Positions 59,813-64,000 of a stretch of 64,000 nt of DNA are shown here, one piece after another (the stretch's first letter is position 1; each line of letters starts with the position of its first letter). The stretch is from the NCBI GenBank assembly GCA_963665615.2, contig CAXXQE010000007.1, positions 310,001-374,000 of the forward strand, in the 5' to 3' direction. A model generated the notes under the pieces. It was given only the letters and a program-made list of their open reading frames with translations. It had not been told where the DNA came from and did not search any database. The position numbers and the translations under genes are program-made. This DNA comes from Syntrophales bacterium (lineage in GTDB: Bacteria; Desulfobacterota; Syntrophia; Syntrophales; UBA4778).

Positions 59813-61748
59813 CCAATATCCTGACCGTCGTCTCGATCTTGCCGATCCGGCCGTCGCGATACCGGATCTTTCCCTCAACATCGATCGACTTCTGGGTTCC
59901 GTACATGGCCTCGATCAGCTTGATATAGAGGCCGTAAACGAATCGACGCCTGACCTTGCCGGTTCGCGTCAGTTCTTCGTCATCGGCGTCCAGCAGTTTG
60001 TAGAGCAGAATGAAACGTTTAATCTTCATGTGCGGTGGCAGCTGGAGGTTGACCTCCTCGATCTGCGACCGGATCAGGTCTTCCACCGCAACCTGTTGCG
60101 ACAGATCCGTATAGGTCGTATAGGGAATCATTCGCTCTTCAGCCCAACTGCCAACGTTGCCGAAGTCAATATTGATCATGGCCGAAATGTAAGGGCGGCC
60201 CTCACCGAAGATCACGGCCTCCTTGATGAAGGGGCTGAATTTGAGCCGCGTCTCGATAAAATCCGGTGAAAAGGCGGCGCCGGCCTTGTTGCGGATGATC
60301 TCTTCCTTGCGCCCGATGATGAGGAGGTGCCCATCTTCATCGATATAGCCTGCATCGCCGGTCCGCAGCCATCCATCTTCAAAGGCCCTGGCCGTCGCCT
60401 CGTAGTCCCGGTAGTAGCCGGAGAAGTTGGCGTCGCTCAAGACCAGCACCTCTTCGTCACTGGAGATCCGCACCTGCGTTCGGGGCAGAGGTTTTCCGAC
60501 CGTTTCCAGTTTGACCTCCGAATCCGGCTGTATCTGGAAGATCCCGCCCGCCTCGGTCAGACCATAACACTGCTTGAGGTTAAGGCCCGTGGCGCGAAAG
60601 AACTGAATGACATCCGGGCTGATCGGGTGACCGCCGGTAAAAGCCGCATGAAATCTCGCACACCCGACGCGGTCGAGAAGCGGCGCGAAGACCAGTCGTG
60701 ACAGAATAGCATCAACGAGCCGTAGCCTGAACGGAGACGACTTTTTTCGAATCTCGCAATCAACACGACTTTTACCAAACCGTTCCGCCAAGGCGAAAAA
60801 CCCTTTGCGGATAGTGCCTGCATCGCTCATCTTGACGCGGATCCGCGAGGCGAGGTCCTCCCAGAAACGGGATGACGTAATGAGAATCTCCGGGCCAATT
60901 TCGCGAAAATCTTCCAGAACCGTCTCCGGGGTTTCCGGAAAGTTCATCGTCATGGCGCCCATGAGGGTCACCCCGACCCCCCACATCTGATCGACGATCC
61001 AGGCGGGAGGTGTCATGGACAGCCAATTGGACCCGATGCCCACCGGCGTCGCCTCCAGCCAGTTGCACGCCATCGACGTGAAACCCTTGTGCGTCAGCAT
61101 CGCCAGCTTGGGAAGCCCCGTCGTGCCGGAGGTCTGAATCATCAGGGCCGTGTCGCGCTGATGGCCCTTCTGCACTTCCTGTTCGAAACGCTGCGGCTCG
61201 TCGGCATGCCGCACCTTGCCGAGCGCCAGAAGGTCGTTGAAGCTCATCAGCCAAGGATCGTCCCGATAGGTTCGCATCCCCGTCGGATCAACGTAAATGA
61301 CTTTCTTAACATGCCCCAGGGCTTCTCGTTTTTCCAGAAGCTTGTCCACCTGTTCCTGGTCCTGCACGATTGCAAAGGCCGCCTGCGTCCGGCCGAGGGA
61401 TTGCGCGAGTTCCTCCGCAATGGCGGAGGTGAAGAGATTCAGTGTTACGCCCCCCAGGGCCTGAGCGCCGATTTCGCTGAAGAGCCATTCGGGGTGATTG
61501 TTCATGATGATCCCGACGTTGTCCCCCCGCTTCATACCAAGCGCCAGGAGACCTAAGGCCGTATGACGGGCGAAGTCATGGTAATCGGACCAGGTATAGG
61601 TCTGCCAGATACCGTAGGCCTTTTCCCGAATCGCTACGGCTTTATCTCCAAATCGCTCTGCCTGCTTCACGAGGATCTGCGGCAGCGTGCATTGAAGCAG
61701 CTCAGCGACGATCTCCGGTTGGAGTTTTTCAACGCGACCTTTTTTCAT
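59793..61748 (-). CDS. AMP-dependent (long-chain acyl-CoA synthetase-like) ligase
   Basis: TSGTTGLPK, YGLTE, WLRTGDAG, ELTRTGKVRR. Confidence 0.92.
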   Translation of the reverse strand: MKKGRVEKLQPEIVAELLQCTLPQILVKQAERFGDKAVAIREKAYGIWQTYTWSDYHDFARHTALGLLALGMKRGDNVGIIMNNHPEWLFSEIGAQALGGVTLNLFTSAIAEELAQSLGRTQAAFAIVQDQEQVDKLLEKREALGHVKKVIYVDPTGMRTYRDDPWLMSFNDLLALGKVRHADEPQRFEQEVQKGHQRDTALMIQTSGTTGLPKLAMLTHKGFTSMACNWLEATPVGIGSNWLSMTPPAWIVDQMWGVGVTLMGAMTMNFPETPETVLEDFREIGPEILITSSRFWEDLASRIRVKMSDAGTIRKGFFALAERFGKSRVDCEIRKKSSPFRLRLVDAILSRLVFAPLLDRVGCARFHAAFTGGHPISPDVIQFFRATGLNLKQCYGLTEAGGIFQIQPDSEVKLETVGKPLPRTQVRISSDEEVLVLSDANFSGYYRDYEATARAFEDGWLRTGDAGYIDEDGHLLIIGRKEEIIRNKAGAAFSPDFIETRLKFSPFIKEAVIFGEGRPYISAMINIDFGNVGSWAEERMIPYTTYTDLSQQVAVEDLIRSQIEEVNLQLPPHMKIKRFILLYKLLDADDEELTRTGKVRRRFVYGLYIKLIEAMYGTQKSIDVEGKIRYRDGRIGKIETTVRILEVNSGK

Positions 61749-62578
61749 GTCCTCGCTTCGTAATTGGCGCCAAGATAAGCCGCGATCACCTCCGGATGCC
61801 GCTGGATCTCGTCCGGTGTCCCCTCCGCCAGTTTTTCACCGTAATTCAAAACCACCACACGTCCCGATATGCTCATCACAATGGACATGTCGTGCTCCAC
61901 GAGGATCATGGTCTGCCCCCAGCCCTGATTGAGCTCGAGCAGGAACCGGACCATGTCCTCCTTCTCTTCGAGGTTCATTCCCGCAAAGGGCTCGTCCAGA
62001 ACGAGGAGCTTCGGCTCCAGTGCCAGCGCGCGTCCCAATTCGACCCGCTTTCTCAGACCGTAGGCGAGCGAGCCCACCATCTGTTTGCGGATCGACTGCA
62101 TCTCCAGAAAATCGATAATCTCTTCGAGAACCACCCGATGCCGGATCTCCTCCTGCCGCGCCCCCTTTGAGAAAGAGAGCGCCCGGCCCAGACCATAGCC
62201 GCAGTGGATATGTCGCGCCAACAGCATATTCTGCAAAACGGTCATACCCGGGAAGAGTTCGATGTTCTGGAAGGTCCGCCCGATGCCAATCCCCGTCAGT
62301 TCATGCGTCGGACGTCGCGTAATGTCCCGCCCGTTAAAAACGATCCGGCCTTTCTGCGGACGGTAGAACCCGGTAATACAGTTCAGCAGACTCGTCTTGC
62401 CGGCGCCATTGGGACCGATCACGGCCACCAACTCGCCCGTCTGCACGGAGAGACTGACGTCCCGCACGGCGGTGATTCCGCCGAACGCGAGCGTCAGATT
62501 CTCGACAGACAGTTCCGCCCGCAACGACTGCGAATCGGTCTTCTTGTATATGCCGGGCTGCCCTCGAAAGGCCTTCAT
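61745..62578 (-). CDS. Liv-type ABC transporter ATPase (LivG-like)
   Basis: GPNGAGKTS, RTFQN, LDEPFAGMN, VEHDM, VIAAYLG. Confidence 0.93.
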   Translation of the reverse strand: MKAFRGQPGIYKKTDSQSLRAELSVENLTLAFGGITAVRDVSLSVQTGELVAVIGPNGAGKTSLLNCITGFYRPQKGRIVFNGRDITRRPTHELTGIGIGRTFQNIELFPGMTVLQNMLLARHIHCGYGLGRALSFSKGARQEEIRHRVVLEEIIDFLEMQSIRKQMVGSLAYGLRKRVELGRALALEPKLLVLDEPFAGMNLEEKEDMVRFLLELNQGWGQTMILVEHDMSIVMSISGRVVVLNYGEKLAEGTPDEIQRHPEVIAAYLGANYEART

Positions 62579-62605
62579 AAGCGATACATCCGGATCGTCG
62601 ATGGA

Positions 62606-63817
62606 TTACTTCAATAATTTGATCTTTTCCTTGCCGGGAACGAAGAAGTTCGTCAGCGGCGAATACGTGCCGTCCTCATGCACCAGGACAATCCTGGCCT
62701 TGAAGGAGCCCTCATGGTTGTCCTTCGTATAGGTCACATTCGGCATCAGCCCGCCGAAATCCTCATTCTTGAAGGATTCCAAGGCAGCATTGATCGCCTC
62801 GCTCGTGATCTTCCCGGATTTCTTCTGGGCGCGTTCGAAGGCGCGTTCCATAATCATGCCGACGACTACGCCTTCCCAGTAGGAGGCATCGAATTCATTG
62901 ACCGTCTTGTAGCGTTTAATGAGCTCTTGCATGACCTGAACGCCCTTGGACTTGTCGGTGGGAAGTCCGCCGGGGAACTGCATGATCACGCGATCCTTAA
63001 TGACGCCCTTGCCGAGCTTGAAGAAATCGGGATCGGTCGAGGTCCAGGTTCCCAGAAACACGGGCTTGAACTGGATGCGGTCGGCGCCTTTGAGGGCGGT
63101 CACGATCGTCGTCGGCAGCATCTGCATGAAGACGTACTCCACGCCGCTATTCTTCAGTTTGAGCAGTTCCGTGGACAGATCGACCGTCTTGGGCGGAAAC
63201 TCCTCGATGGTAACGATATTGATATTGTTCTTGGCGGCATATTCCTGGCTAGGCTTGTGAATCGAGCGGCCATAGGCGTTGTTATAGGTCAGCAGACCGA
63301 CCTTGGGCGGCTCCTTCCCCTTGTGAATCGTCTTGATGTAATCGAGGATCGCGTAACAGTCCATCTTGTAACTGCCGAAGGGCAGGAACATGTAATCAAC
63401 CGGCGCCTCCAGAATCTCCCAACTCGTCGAAAAGTTCAGGGCAGGAATCTTGTACTTCTGAAGAATCGGCTTGGCGGCCAGCCCCTCGCCGGCGCCCCAC
63501 GTCGCAATCATGTCCACCTTGTCCTGATCGGCAAACTTGCGGACAGCGGCCTGCGCCTCGGGAACTTTGTAAGCGGTATCGACCAGGAGCGCTTTGATCT
63601 CTCTGCCCGCAACGCCGCCCTTGACCTCATTGACGTACTTGAAATAGTCCTGCATCCCCTTGGCGTGAAACTGCCCCCAGGAAGAAGCCGGGCCCGTCAG
63701 ATTGATGGCAGCGCCCACCTTGATCGGATCGGCCGCCAACACCGGCAAAACACCCGATACGCCGACAAGCACGCCGACGATCGCAAGGATCCATAACCAC
63801 TTTTCTTTCATTGCCAT
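62606..63817 (-). CDS. Liv-type ABC substrate-binding protein
   Basis: Signal peptide, IKVGAAINLTGP, DTAYKVP, WGAGE; GGAGG RBS. Confidence 0.92.
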   Translation of the reverse strand: MAMKEKWLWILAIVGVLVGVSGVLPVLAADPIKVGAAINLTGPASSWGQFHAKGMQDYFKYVNEVKGGVAGREIKALLVDTAYKVPEAQAAVRKFADQDKVDMIATWGAGEGLAAKPILQKYKIPALNFSTSWEILEAPVDYMFLPFGSYKMDCYAILDYIKTIHKGKEPPKVGLLTYNNAYGRSIHKPSQEYAAKNNINIVTIEEFPPKTVDLSTELLKLKNSGVEYVFMQMLPTTIVTALKGADRIQFKPVFLGTWTSTDPDFFKLGKGVIKDRVIMQFPGGLPTDKSKGVQVMQELIKRYKTVNEFDASYWEGVVVGMIMERAFERAQKKSGKITSEAINAALESFKNEDFGGLMPNVTYTKDNHEGSFKARIVLVHEDGTYSPLTNFFVPGKEKIKLLK

Positions 63818-63850
63818 ACCCTCCCCTAAACGTTTTTGAACAGCCCCCCC

Positions 63851-63891
63851 AAAAAAAAAGCCGCAGGCAGTTTATTTAGTCTGCCCACGGC
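63851..63891 (-). terminator. Attenuator terminator hairpin upstream of the transporter operon
   Basis: GCCGTGGGCAG-10 nt loop-CTGCCTGCGGC-T9. Confidence 0.88.
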
Positions 63892-63911
63892 TTTTAAGCC
63901 AGTTCAAAAGG

Positions 63912-63995
63912 TCATGCGTGTATCGGGCAGCGCTCCTCTGGGGAGAAGCAAAAGTAAAAATCATAAATGCCCCAATCCTTGTCTGCCCAAACCAT
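63912..63995 (-). CDS. Aromatic-amino-acid-rich leader peptide MVWADKDWGIYDFYFCFSPEERCPIHA
   Basis: 27 codons, 7 of them Trp/Tyr/Phe, ending 20 nt before the terminator stem; the RBS lies outside the window. Confidence 0.75.
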   Translation of the reverse strand: MVWADKDWGIYDFYFCFSPEERCPIHA

Positions 63996-64000
63996 GAAAA

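Overview
A 64-kb stretch of a moderately GC-rich anaerobic bacterial chromosome. Gene content and style suggest Desulfobacterota/Syntrophales, which is an inference. From left to right it holds: a 5-PAS histidine kinase running off the left edge; tRNA-fMet; a complete periplasmic group 1 [NiFe]-hydrogenase operon (small, large, cytochrome b, protease, hypACDBFE); peptidoglycan-recycling genes; paaK plus an ACT protein; a Bacteroidetes-style glycogen operon ending in a GT3 synthase-GT35 phosphorylase fusion; purMN, pfk, rpmB and recJ; a four-subunit 2-oxoacid:ferredoxin oxidoreductase; UPF0182, a tRNA nucleotidyltransferase, cell-wall enzymes and an ABC-2 exporter; a small low-GC island; a hybrid kinase; and an 8-gene Liv-type ABC transporter / acyl-CoA ligase / PaaK-like / MaoC operon. 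The best unannotated signal is at the right edge: a 27-codon Trp/Tyr/Phe-rich leader peptide with 1:2, 2:3 and 3:4 pairing segments and a U9 terminator. It looks like a ribosome-mediated attenuator linking that operon to aromatic amino-acid supply. The 48.9-59.8 kb region also carries nested non-coding repeats: stop-codon-rich heptamer arrays, MITEs inserted at one hexamer within them, and ~100-bp inverted repeats around one permease gene. Four genes have single-base frameshifts in short homopolymers, most likely assembly errors. No CRISPR array, rRNA, integrase or intact transposase was seen.
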